Counted from the stretch's first letter, positions 17,352 to 27,985 are shown. The stretch is 64,000 nucleotides of DNA from Candidatus Latescibacterota bacterium (GCA_036336855.1 JAYZFI010000028.1:736-64735); one strand, 5' to 3'. The notes: generated from the letters alone by a model not told the origin. Numbers and translations are program-made.

Positions 17352-18178
17352 CAGGCCCGGTTCGCTGCGGTCAGGGTGCGCTCGACCTCGGTGCCGAAGC
17401 TATCGCCAACGGCGATGCCATACTCTGCTATACCGCCTTGGGCCTCGGGACCGGTGACGAAGGGGCGAGTGTTGCGATCGGGGGCGACGAGATCGTCGTG
17501 AGCGTAGTCGCCGTGCAGGAAGTGGAAGGCGACGCCGGCGCGGCTCTTGTCAGAAGGGTTATCGCCGGTGCAGTGGGCGGTTCCGTAGCAGAAGAACGCA
17601 GCGCCGCCGGCCTTCACTTCGACGGAGATGGGCTCGGCGTCGTCGGGGGGCGTGAAGGTGATGTGATGATCGGAGTAAGGGTCACGCTCGTGAGGGAAGC
17701 TGTGGCGATGGCTTCCTGGCAGCAATTGCAGGGTGCCGTTGCCGACGTGAGCGTCGTGAATAGCGACCCACATGGCCGTGCCCCGCAGCGGATCGGAGAT
17801 CTTGAAGTAGGCATTGTCCTGATGCCAGGCGGTGCCGGTGCCCTGCTTAGCCGGCTTGAGGAACATCTGATCCAAGTGAAGTAGAAAGGGGTCACCGATG
17901 AGAGCGGAGATCCCGTTTACCACCCGTGGATCGAAGGGCAGAGCGCGCATGAGATCGCTCTTGTCGAACAGCGGGATCAGTTGAAAATTGATCTCCTTCT
18001 CAGAGTGGGTTTCACCATCATTGTCGGTGCGTACGTTGCGCACCAGGCCCTCGCCCTGAAAGCGCGCGACCTCGGCCTGCAGAGCAGCGACCTCACGGTC
18101 GTCAAACAGACCAGGAAGGCAAGTCCAACCCTGGTCGCGAAACTGGGCGACGTGTTCGGCAGTTAGAGGGTTGTTCAC
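17351..18178 (-). CDS. phytanoyl-CoA dioxygenase (PhyH) family Fe(II)/2-oxoglutarate oxygenase
   Basis: N-terminal LTAEHVAQFRDQGWTCLPGLF. H-x-D in TAWHQDNAYF. GTLQLLPGSHRH. Distal His in YGTAHCTGDN. Confidence 0.8.
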   Translation of the reverse strand: MNNPLTAEHVAQFRDQGWTCLPGLFDDREVAALQAEVARFQGEGLVRNVRTDNDGETHSEKEINFQLIPLFDKSDLMRALPFDPRVVNGISALIGDPFLLHLDQMFLKPAKQGTGTAWHQDNAYFKISDPLRGTAMWVAIHDAHVGNGTLQLLPGSHRHSFPHERDPYSDHHITFTPPDDAEPISVEVKAGGAAFFCYGTAHCTGDNPSDKSRAGVAFHFLHGDYAHDDLVAPDRNTRPFVTGPEAQGGIAEYGIAVGDSFGTEVERTLTAANRA

Positions 18179-18398
18179 AGGGATTGTATCCTTGTCGAAG
18201 TTTCGAGCGGATCAGGAGTGGCTGAAGATAGCTGGTGCTCGAAAACGCTACAAAGACGAAACAGGAATCAGCTTGCCCGCCCCGGGGGGTATGGTTACCC
18301 TAATACCATCGGAGCGACGGACCTGAAATACCCACACCGCAACGATTAAGGGACATCACCTCACCCCGGTGTTCCGAGCCTCGAGTCTCCCCTTCTGA

Positions 18399-19538
<1,140 letters not shown>

Positions 19539-19605
19539 GGAGCAAAGTCAACGAGCGCGTGGTCTCGGGCGGCTCAGTTAGCAGTGAGCGCAAAGGAGAA
19601 GAGCG

Positions 19606-20547
19606 ATGGCTGATAGTTGGGTGTGGTGGTTCATGACATGCGCTTTCAGTCTTTACTTCGTCATGCTCCTCCTCGACTTCAATAAACCGTCGAAGAGGTT
19701 GATGGAGCAGATCGACCATCAGGAGACGCGGCGCCGCGACATGGAGACCAAGCATGGTAAGCTTGCCGAGGATATCATCGAAATCAAGGGTCGCTCCGAG
19801 GAGCTCGATCTGCAGATGGAGGACCTCGAACAACGGCGCAAGGACCTGTTGCCTGACGCCAACAAACGGCGGATGGTTTTGATTCCCGGCGGCCAATTCA
19901 CCATGGGGGGAAGCCAGGAAGAAAGCCCCGAAAGCGAACGCCCGCCCCATCCGGTTGATCTTCCCGACTTCCACATCGACGCCTACCCGGTGACAAATCA
20001 GGACTACCGAGAGTTCGTCAACTGCACTGGATACAAGACACCCATCCACTGGCAGCGTGGCACTTATCCCACCGGTCTGGCGCGACATCCGGTGGTCAAT
20101 GTCTCCTGGCAAGACGCCAAGGCCTACGCGAATTGGATGGGCGCGCGGCTGCCCACCGAGGCGGAGTGGGAGAAGGCGGCGCGTGGCACTGACGAGCGGC
20201 TCTACCCTTGGGGCAGCCGTTTCGTCGACGACCGTTGCAACTTCAACAACGTAGTCGGTAGCACATTGCCCGTGGATGAGTTTCCCCTAGGCCGTAGTCC
20301 CCACGGGGTCTGGGACATGTCCGGTAACACCTATGAGTGGTGCGAAGACTACTACGACGAGGCATACTATAAGTACAGCCCGTCCACCAACCCCAAGGGG
20401 CCGGAGGGCGGGCAGGAGCGAGTGATTCGCGGCGGCTTCTTCTCCGAGACCCGCACCAACGTGCGCACCACGCACCGCTCCAGCGCTGCGGAGACGCACA
20501 CCCGCGATAATGTGGGTTTTCGCCTCGGTTGCGCCGCCGACGGCTAA
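19606..20547 (+). CDS. formylglycine-generating enzyme (FGE/SUMF1) family protein with N-terminal transmembrane helix and coiled coil
   Basis: N-terminal WVWWFMTCAFSLYFVMLLL is followed by a charged heptad-like stretch. The FGE-sulfatase domain shows MVLIPGGQFTMGG, IDAYPVTNQDYREFV, ARLPTEAEWEKAARG, VWDMSGNTYEWCEDYY, RVIRGGFF and NVGFRL. Confidence 0.85.
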   Translation: MADSWVWWFMTCAFSLYFVMLLLDFNKPSKRLMEQIDHQETRRRDMETKHGKLAEDIIEIKGRSEELDLQMEDLEQRRKDLLPDANKRRMVLIPGGQFTMGGSQEESPESERPPHPVDLPDFHIDAYPVTNQDYREFVNCTGYKTPIHWQRGTYPTGLARHPVVNVSWQDAKAYANWMGARLPTEAEWEKAARGTDERLYPWGSRFVDDRCNFNNVVGSTLPVDEFPLGRSPHGVWDMSGNTYEWCEDYYDEAYYKYSPSTNPKGPEGGQERVIRGGFFSETRTNVRTTHRSSAAETHTRDNVGFRLGCAADG

Positions 20548-20641
20548 GCTCGGTCAACGCCAGCACCGCAGGGGTTATCTTCGGGCAGACGATCGGTGTT
20601 AGCCGACCGTCCCTGCCCACAGCAGAGAAGGAGTGAGAACG

Positions 20642-21196
20642 ATGTTCGAAGACGTCTGGAAGCACTACGATGAGAACGAGCTCACCCATTCTGCTGCCCA
20701 TCACCTGATGGCGGTGCATGCGCTGCGTGAGCAACACGGCTACGCCCGGGTCTCCGACATCGCTCAGCACCTCAAAATCACCAAGGGCTCCGTCTCGTCG
20801 GCGATGAAGCACCTGAAGGAACGCGGCTTCGTACAGGAGGACCACAGCCGCTTCCTCGAGCTCACCGAAGTCGGTCAGCGCGTGGTCTGGGAGACAGAGG
20901 CGACGCGTCTAGTCGTGAAGAAGTTCCTCAGCCATGCCCTCGGTATGGACGAAGACGATGCCGAGATAGACGCTTGCAAAGTAGAACACCTGATCAGTTC
21001 TGAAGCCCGCGGTCGCCTTGTGGGCTTTTTGCGCTTCCTGTTTTCCGAGGAAGACGTTTCCGCCATGTTCCTCGGAGCCTTCCGTACAGCGTTGAAGAGT
21101 CAGACTATGGCGTGCAAGAAGGACGTCTCCAACTGCTTGCTGTGCGACGAGGTCTGCTTTGTCCAGCCCGCTATCGCCGAACTAAACACCAGATAG
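20642..21196 (+). CDS. DtxR/MntR-family metal-dependent transcriptional regulator with Cys-rich C-terminal tail
   Basis: Winged-helix part ARVSDIAQHLKITKGSVSSAMKHLKERGFV. Dimerisation/metal part KKFLSHALGMDEDDAEIDACKVEHLISSEARGRL. C-terminal CKKDVSNCLLCDEVC. The ATG at 20642 is preceded by GAAGGAG. Confidence 0.75.
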   Translation: MFEDVWKHYDENELTHSAAHHLMAVHALREQHGYARVSDIAQHLKITKGSVSSAMKHLKERGFVQEDHSRFLELTEVGQRVVWETEATRLVVKKFLSHALGMDEDDAEIDACKVEHLISSEARGRLVGFLRFLFSEEDVSAMFLGAFRTALKSQTMACKKDVSNCLLCDEVCFVQPAIAELNTR

Positions 21197-21342
21197 GCAT
21201 ACTCACAAGGCAACTGCGGCCTTCCCGCCTTGCGCGTTCTGCCTCTGACGCGCTAAGCTGATTCGGTCTTCTCAGTGCGCTCAATGCGCGCATCCCTTCA
21301 GCAAAACGGCGGTACTCTATTTTCGGTTTTCTCCAGCGCCAG

Positions 21343-22278
21343 ATGCTCCCCGTAGGGCTGGTGACGGTGGCCTTCATCGGCATCGTGTATCCGGCGCCGG
21401 GGTTGGTCATGGCGACTCTACCCACCCAGTACATCGCGGTGAGCATCATCTTCATCTGTTCGGGCCTCACCCTGCGCACTGATGAGATCAAGGAGGCGAT
21501 GTCGGCGTGGGGGGCGACAGGCTGGGGCGTGTTGTCCATCCTCTTCGTCACCCCGTTATTGGGCGCTCTCATCGCCGGCCAGGCGCCGGTGGACGCAAAC
21601 TTCCGCCTCGGCTTGGCGTTGTTCTGTTGCATGCCGACGACTCTGTCTTCGGGCATCGCCCTCACCAATCAAGCACGTGGCAATGGTGCCCTGGCTCTGC
21701 TGCTCACGGTGACGACCAACCTGCTCGGCATCTTCACCATTCCCTTCGTGCTCGTGCAGGTCCTCGGAGCTATGGGCCAGGTGGAGCTGTCGGCAGGGGA
21801 CCTGCTGTACAAGCTCTGTCTCTCCATTCTAGTGCCCCTCCTCGTCGGACGGCTGCTGCGCCGCTACGTCGCGAACTGGGTCGACAACCAGCGCACAAGG
21901 ATTACTACGCTGAGCAACCTGGCGTTGATCTCCATTCCCTGGATGAAATTCTCCGAATCCTCTGAGAGGTTGAGTGTCGTGGATTTTACCGAACTCGTGT
22001 TTCTTATCGCCGCAGGCCTCGCCATCCACGCCGCCTACCTCCTTCTCAACTACGGCAGCACCCGCGTGCTCGGTTTCGCCACGCCGCTGCGCAAGGCGGT
22101 GGTGCTCATGGCGAGCCAGAAGACCCTGCCGGTGGCCCTCACTGTGTTGGCTCTGATTCCTGATAGAGCCCTGTCGGCGGAGGTGAAAGGTCTGGTAGCC
22201 ATCGCTTGTATAACTTCCCACCTCGGCCAGATCTTCGTCGACGCCGTCGTCGCCACCCGTTGGTCACATCATGATTGA
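21343..22278 (+). CDS. bile acid:sodium symporter (BASS/SBF, YfeH/SLC10A7-like) family transporter
   Basis: 311 aa with about 9-10 hydrophobic segments. Family-like blocks include FICSGLTLRTDEIKEA, LALFCCMPTTLSSGIALT and ASQKTLPVALTVL. Confidence 0.75.
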   Translation: MLPVGLVTVAFIGIVYPAPGLVMATLPTQYIAVSIIFICSGLTLRTDEIKEAMSAWGATGWGVLSILFVTPLLGALIAGQAPVDANFRLGLALFCCMPTTLSSGIALTNQARGNGALALLLTVTTNLLGIFTIPFVLVQVLGAMGQVELSAGDLLYKLCLSILVPLLVGRLLRRYVANWVDNQRTRITTLSNLALISIPWMKFSESSERLSVVDFTELVFLIAAGLAIHAAYLLLNYGSTRVLGFATPLRKAVVLMASQKTLPVALTVLALIPDRALSAEVKGLVAIACITSHLGQIFVDAVVATRWSHHD

Positions 22279-22290
22279 GAGGCAACCTCT

Positions 22291-23787
22291 ATGGCCCGTC
22301 AGCGTCGCCCCAACCTGTTGCTCATAACCACCGACCAGCAGCGCGGGGACTGTCTCGGCTGCGACGGTCACCCCGCGATGGAGACACCCTACATCGATGC
22401 CCTTGCCGAACAAGGGGTGCACTACAAGTGCGCCTACACCTCGGTGCCTTCTTGTACGCCGGCACGTGCGGGGATTATCACCGGCATGGATCAGTGGAAC
22501 CACGGTCGGTTGACGATGACGGGCAGTGATCCGCTGGAGTACCCGGCTACACTTCCAGGGGAACTGGCGCGTGCCGGCTACCAGACGCAACTGGTGGGCA
22601 AAGCCCATCACGCGCCTCAGCGCCGGCGCTACGGCTTCCACCACATGGTGCTCGACGAGTCCGGTCGCCGCGATCCCGGCTTCCTCTCCGACTACCACCA
22701 GCACTTCGAGCGCGCCAAAGAGGGGGAGTACGGCTACCGCGACCACTCTATCGATTGGAACTCGTGGATGGCGCGGCCTTCGCATCTACCCGAGCATCTG
22801 CACCCCACGTATTGGACGGCGAGCGAAAGTATCCGCTACTTGAACAGCCGGGATCCCACCGAGCCGTTTTTCCTCTGGCTCTCCTTCGCGCGGCCCCATT
22901 CCCCGTACGATCCGCCCCAGACCTACTGGGACATGTATGTCGATCACCCGAAGATTCCGGTGCCCCACATCGGCGAGTGGTCCGAGCGTTATGACCAAAA
23001 CTTCGCGGTGGTCACCGCGCCGCGATAGCGGCGCAGCGATCGCGAGACCCGGCGCGCTCGCGCCGGGTACTACGGCAACATCACTTTCATCGATCACCAG
23101 ATTGGCCGCGTGCTCTACGAGCTCGGCAAACACGACGCCGAAGCGCTTGCCAACACTTTGATCCTTTTTACCTCCGATCACGGCGATATGATGGGCGACC
23201 ACCACCACTGGCGGAAGACCTACGCCTACGAGGGATCCGCGCGCATTCCCTTTGTCGTGCGCTGGCCCGCAGCCTGGGGGGGCGAACTCGAGCGCGGCGT
23301 CGTCCGCTCAGAGCCCATCGAGCTGCGCGACGTCATGCCCACCTTACTCGCCGCGGCCGAGTTGGAGATTCCGCCGTGCGTGGATGGCGCCAGCCTGTTG
23401 CAGCTGTCGCGCACCAACGGAGTGGGCTGGCGCGAGTACGTGCAGGGGGAGCACACCAGTTGCTACGACCGCGAGCACGGCATGCAGTACATCACCAACG
23501 GTCGCGAGAAGTATATCTGGTTCCATCACACCGGCGCCGAGCAGTTTTTCGATCTCGCCACTGATCCGGGTGAGTGTCGCGACCTGTCCGACGATTCCGC
23601 GGCTGCTGATCGTATTGCCTTCTGGCGATCGCGACTAGCTACGATCAATGAGGAGCGTGGCGACCCGCGCGGGCAAAATGGCGCTCTCGTTCCGCAACCC
23701 AACGGTGCTCTCGCTCTGTCGCCGAACTACGAGCGCTGGCGACACCGTGCGACCGAGACCATGGCACAGTGGCAGCCCATTTCGTGA
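22291..23787 (+). pseudogene. Cys-type arylsulfatase interrupted by one in-frame TAG (23026-23028)
   Basis: ORFs 22291-23028 and 23110-23787 are in the same frame, and the 27 codons between them are open. The N-half has PNLLLITTDQQRGD and the maturation motif SCTPARAGIITG. The sequence after the stop continues in the order expected for the family (...TRRARAGYYGNITFIDHQIGRVL..., LILFTSDHGDMMGDHHHWRK). Confidence 0.8.
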
Positions 23788-24578
23788 GCCGGCGTGCTGC
23801 CTGCAGCGGAGACGTCCTCTTTCACATTGAGGACGAGTTCGGCGACATCGATGTGATTGACGAGGGGAAGGGGATCCGCTCTCTGCAGTTTGGTAGTGTT
23901 GCGCGCCAGAGCACGATGTTCATCGCTCGTCCCAACGTGCTCGCCCTCGCCTACACTCAGTGCATGATGACGGCGCTGGCATTACTCGTCGAGGCGCCGC
24001 AGCGGGCCCTCGTGCTTGGCCTTGGCGGCGGCTCGCTAGTGAAGTTCCTGTTGGCGCAGTTTCCCGCCTGTCGCGTCGATGCCGTGGAGCTACGCCCGCC
24101 TATCGTGGAGTTGGCACAGCAATTTTTCTCACTCAATGCAGAGGCGCCAAATCTGCAGCTGCATCTGATCGACGGCGAGCGCTTCGTGGAGGAAGCGCAC
24201 GACAGCCAGTACGATCTCATTTTCGTTGATCTTCACGACGCCAACGGAATGGCGCAGGCGGTAACCCGTCCTGGGTTCACTGCACGTGCGTGTGCCTGCC
24301 TGCGACCGGGGGGCGTGCTGGTGAGCAATCTTTGGTACGGCGTTGACGAGGGCGTGGAGCGACAGGTGCGGTGTCATCTCGAGCAAACGTTTGCCAACGT
24401 CCTCTACTTCCCGGTGGCGGGCAAGCGTAACTGCGTTGCCCTCTGCCCACGTTCCTCACAGCCACCTAGCCGCAACGAACTCGAGCAACGCGCCCGAGAC
24501 TGGAATCAGGAGGGGGGGCTCGATTTGCGGGGTCTGGTGAAGGACCTCATTCGCCACAACGGCAGGCTGCTGTTGTAG
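23784..24578 (+). CDS. spermidine synthase-like / class I SAM-dependent methyltransferase-fold protein
   Basis: ALVLGLGGGSLVKFLL (motif I), VDAVELRPPIVELAQQFF, YDLIFVDLHD. The GTG at 23784 overlaps the sulfatase stop (GTGA). The GTG at 23769 (track start) is an alternative. Confidence 0.6.
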   Translation: MSRRAACSGDVLFHIEDEFGDIDVIDEGKGIRSLQFGSVARQSTMFIARPNVLALAYTQCMMTALALLVEAPQRALVLGLGGGSLVKFLLAQFPACRVDAVELRPPIVELAQQFFSLNAEAPNLQLHLIDGERFVEEAHDSQYDLIFVDLHDANGMAQAVTRPGFTARACACLRPGGVLVSNLWYGVDEGVERQVRCHLEQTFANVLYFPVAGKRNCVALCPRSSQPPSRNELEQRARDWNQEGGLDLRGLVKDLIRHNGRLLL

Positions 24579-24614
24579 CCAACGACACCTCGCGCGTCCT
24601 TGGCGCGAAATCGG

Positions 24615-25793
24615 TCAGATGATGTCGGATGCTTGTGGATCGAGGCAGGCGCCGGTGGGCCGTGCTCCGCGTGGCCGGTGCGGCATCTCGTCGTAGGACT
24701 CGTAGATGACATCGAGCCAGGGCGTTTCCACCACGGCGCCGCACTCGTGCCGCGAGTTCATCACCGCGTTGATGATGCCCGTGGTCAGCAAGGTGCGTTC
24801 TGGAGGGTAGGGCGCGACTCCGGTCTGAAAGAACCTCTCCACATTCCGGCACAGGTAGGAGAAGTGGGCAAAGGGGCCCTCATTCTGTATGAAAAACTCG
24901 GTGGCATCTAGCGTGCCGTCAGCGCGTCGTGCCGCGTAGGCGAACTCCTGGACATAGCCGTCGAGGTGGAGCACGGTGCCGCGCAGGCCGTCGGCGTAGC
25001 GAACGAGAAAGACGGAAGGGTTCTCGCACTCTTCGGGATCGTCGCCGTTGCGGTGCTCACTACTAATTAGCGCCGCCTGCGCTAGGTCTCCGGGCCATTC
25101 GCCTTGATCGCGCGCGCGCCAGACCTCGTTGCCCTGCAGACACTGCACGGAGATGACGCCCGTCTCGTGGCCAGCGCGCCGCTCCACCATGCACTGCATG
25201 GTCTCCAGGGCGTGATAGCCGTAGGCCTCGACACCACCATAGCTAAGAGCTAGTGCCTCGCTGAGTTCCACCCCGCCCTTGTCGTACTCCAGCCACGGGT
25301 TGCGCCAGGACAGGGGCAGTGATGACCCCGCCATCAACGGAATCCCCAGTTCCTCAGCCCGGGCCCACATCTTTCGGGCGTCACCGAATTCGTAGGCGAA
25401 ATGCTTGTCGTTGAAGACGGGCACGACGCGGCGGCTCTCTGAGAAAACGCCAGCGATCTGCTCGAAGAAATAGCGGCGCGGGTACATGTGGCGGCCGCGC
25501 TCGTCCCACGGGTAATCGCCGTGCTCGCCAACCAGCAACACGGCGTCGACACCGAGTGTCTCGGTGCCGGCGTGCAAGGCGCGACGGATGCTGGGGTACA
25601 CGGGTACGCCGAACTGCTTAGCGAGCCCCATGCCGATATCGTTTTCGAGAACGTGATCGATGTAGAGGGAGACGATCTCAACGTCGTAGTCATGGTGACC
25701 CTCGTCGGTGGACCCGCCCTTGAGGAACTTGGTGACGATGACGTCGGCATGGGACTTCGGGTGGTAGATCGTGCAGATGGCAGCGACGCGCAT
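24615..25793 (-). CDS. conserved-looking hypothetical protein (392 aa), family not assigned
   Basis: Clean long ORF and last gene of the 8-gene operon. N-terminus MRVAAICTIYHPKSHADVIVTKFLKG looks like a Rossmann-type beta-strand start without a G-x-G-x-x-G motif. No motif I can name. Confidence 0.6.
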   Translation of the reverse strand: MRVAAICTIYHPKSHADVIVTKFLKGGSTDEGHHDYDVEIVSLYIDHVLENDIGMGLAKQFGVPVYPSIRRALHAGTETLGVDAVLLVGEHGDYPWDERGRHMYPRRYFFEQIAGVFSESRRVVPVFNDKHFAYEFGDARKMWARAEELGIPLMAGSSLPLSWRNPWLEYDKGGVELSEALALSYGGVEAYGYHALETMQCMVERRAGHETGVISVQCLQGNEVWRARDQGEWPGDLAQAALISSEHRNGDDPEECENPSVFLVRYADGLRGTVLHLDGYVQEFAYAARRADGTLDATEFFIQNEGPFAHFSYLCRNVERFFQTGVAPYPPERTLLTTGIINAVMNSRHECGAVVETPWLDVIYESYDEMPHRPRGARPTGACLDPQASDII

Positions 25794-25822
25794 GGGTATC
25801 GGCTCGGCAGGTTGGGGTGCGG

Positions 25823-26839
25823 TTAGATCTGAGCGCTGTATATGGCGTTGACCAGCGCCATGGTCTTCACTGCATCGGCGAAATTGGTCTCCGGCTCCCG
25901 TCCCCAGCGCACGCAGTCGATGAAATGCTCGTTCACATCCCAGGCGCCGAAGGCGCGGTGGGGCTCAGTTGAGTCGGCGAGTTCGAAGGGATCGAGGCGC
26001 TGCAGCGGCTCGCGTTGGTTGTCGGAAAAAAGCTGCCCCTCTTCTTCGGGATCGCCGAAGAAGCTGATTCCCGGGCTGTGAATCTCTACTGAGAACATGC
26101 GGCGGCCAGCCATGAAGTTGTTGAGCAGCAGGCCGGTGGCGCCGGAGCTGAAGCGCACCATGGCCAGATGCACGTTCCAGTGCTCGGCGTCGAGGCGACG
26201 ATTATCACTGGCCACCGACTCCACCTCGCCGCCGCATAAGTAGCGCAGGGTGTCGACCGCGTGGATACCGTCGCAGGTGAGCATGTCCATGGCGCCCTTA
26301 TAGTACGGGGCGCCACCGATCCAGTTCTTGTAGAAGCTGGCGTGCGCCGTGTGCACTTCGCCGCGCTCCTCGCACAGTGCCTTGCCGTGCCGGATCAACG
26401 GCGAGAACCGGCGCTGGAATGTGACGCCTGTAAGCACACGGTTGTCGCGCGCCAGCCGCGCCAGCTGGCGGATCTGCTCTGTAGTCACCGCCGGTGGCTT
26501 CTCGATGAACAGGTGGCATTTCATCTCCAGCACGGTGACGGCGACGTCGAAAATGTGGTAGGGGGGCATAATGGCGTACACCGCGTCGGGCCGCACCTCT
26601 TCGATCATGCGACGATAGTCGCGGAAGCGTCCTTCGATGTTGAAACGATCCGCTACGGAGTGGAGCCGATCCTCGTCGACATCGCAGCAGGCCACCACAT
26701 CGCAGCCGGGTAGTTCTGTCAGACATGGGTAATGCGTGCCGGCAGCGCGCCCTCCGGCGCCGATGATGGCGACGCGAACACGCTTCTTGCGCCCCGGCCG
26801 TTTGACCGGTGCCTTGCGAATTTTCGATCGCTTTGCCAC
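25823..26839 (-). CDS. Gfo/Idh/MocA family oxidoreductase
   Basis: VRVAIIGAGGRAAGTHYP Rossmann motif follows a Lys/Arg-rich N-terminal tail. CHLFIEKPPA is the family EKP motif. Confidence 0.8.
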   Translation of the reverse strand: MAKRSKIRKAPVKRPGRKKRVRVAIIGAGGRAAGTHYPCLTELPGCDVVACCDVDEDRLHSVADRFNIEGRFRDYRRMIEEVRPDAVYAIMPPYHIFDVAVTVLEMKCHLFIEKPPAVTTEQIRQLARLARDNRVLTGVTFQRRFSPLIRHGKALCEERGEVHTAHASFYKNWIGGAPYYKGAMDMLTCDGIHAVDTLRYLCGGEVESVASDNRRLDAEHWNVHLAMVRFSSGATGLLLNNFMAGRRMFSVEIHSPGISFFGDPEEEGQLFSDNQREPLQRLDPFELADSTEPHRAFGAWDVNEHFIDCVRWGREPETNFADAVKTMALVNAIYSAQI

Positions 26840-26848
26840 AGCAGCTGT

Positions 26849-27985
26849 CTACTCTTCCTCTGTCTTCTCGAAATATTGCCCGGTGGCGCGCAGGGCGTGC
26901 ACAAGGTTATCGCGCCGGCTCACCGGGAAGGAGACCGGGCGATTGCCGTCCAGCTGCGATTCATACACAGCACTCACCATTTCCAGCGACCGGCGCCCGA
27001 CCTCGCCATCGGAGCGCAGGTCGCCGGCGTCATCGAGGTGGGCGATGAGCTCGTCGAGGGCGCGCACGTAGGTGCTGGCCCGTTCCGGCCGCGCAATTTC
27101 TTGCTCCCTGAGCTCGCTCCACTGAAACCCGGAGTCGGGCTCGTACATGCCTTGCTCCGACTGCCAGAGATGCACCTGCTCGCCCAGCATGCGGATGACA
27201 CCGGTGCGGCCCCGCAACTCAAAGCCATTGTCGCCGTACACGCTGAGCTCAGCGCCGTAGATCGAGCCGGTGGCTCCGCCGACGAATTTCACAAGCGCTC
27301 CTGTCATATCCTCAACCGCCCAGGGGCGCCAGCGCTGCTCCGCCATGCCACACAGCCAGCTCACCGGTCCCCCGTAGAGATCCATGAGATCGAAGTAGTG
27401 GGTAAAATCGTGGAGCAGGGGTCCCTCGTTTTCTGAGCGCCAAGAGGGGTCGGGCTTCCCGCCGTCCATGTAGCAGTATATGTGGTTGAGCTCGCCGATG
27501 GCGCCGTCGGCGAGCAGTTTTTTGGCGAGCTCCCACTCTGGGTGCCAGCGCCGGTTGTGGTTGATCTGCAGAGCAACCTGTTCACCTTGGCAGGCGGCGA
27601 TCATGTGATCGCACTCATCTACCGTAAGAGCCATGGGCTTTTCGCAAATGATGGCTCGCACCGAAGGAGCGGCAGCGCACTCCCGCACCATTTCACAGTG
27701 CAGTTCGGGGTGGGTGGCGACGATGACAAGTTCGGGCTTCGCCGTGTCCAGCATTTCCCGGTAGTCGTGGAACAGCGCATCGTCGCTCACACCGAAGCGT
27801 TCGCCGAAGGCGGCGAGCTTCTCGGCTCCGCGGTTGACGCCGGCCACTATGTGGGTGTGCACGCAGGCGGAGATGGCTTCGGCGTGGTTGTCAGGTGCGG
27901 GGCTGAAGTCGAACTGATAGGCGACGCGTCCAGTGCCGATCAAAGCCACACCAAGCGATGGCTTGATCAATCCATTCACTCCCAT
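26849..27985 (-). CDS. Gfo/Idh/MocA family oxidoreductase
   Basis: LGVALIGTGRVAYQ Rossmann motif and AIICEKPMALT EKP motif. The start was moved to the ATG at 27985 (MGVNGLIKP...), preceded by GAGGAGG. The 60-aa extension in the track ORF (to 28165) overlaps the upstream gene. Confidence 0.8.
   Translation of the reverse strand: MGVNGLIKPSLGVALIGTGRVAYQFDFSPAPDNHAEAISACVHTHIVAGVNRGAEKLAAFGERFGVSDDALFHDYREMLDTAKPELVIVATHPELHCEMVRECAAAPSVRAIICEKPMALTVDECDHMIAACQGEQVALQINHNRRWHPEWELAKKLLADGAIGELNHIYCYMDGGKPDPSWRSENEGPLLHDFTHYFDLMDLYGGPVSWLCGMAEQRWRPWAVEDMTGALVKFVGGATGSIYGAELSVYGDNGFELRGRTGVIRMLGEQVHLWQSEQGMYEPDSGFQWSELREQEIARPERASTYVRALDELIAHLDDAGDLRSDGEVGRRSLEMVSAVYESQLDGNRPVSFPVSRRDNLVHALRATGQYFEKTEEE

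Noticed and set aside
23026-23028. In-frame TAG in the sulfatase as a pyrrolysine or reassigned codon.
   Set aside because: TAG is used as an ordinary terminator by other genes in the window (e.g. the csp stop at 35038-35040 and the GNAT stop at 59237-59239). No pyl genes are visible. A pseudogene or a sequencing error is more likely.
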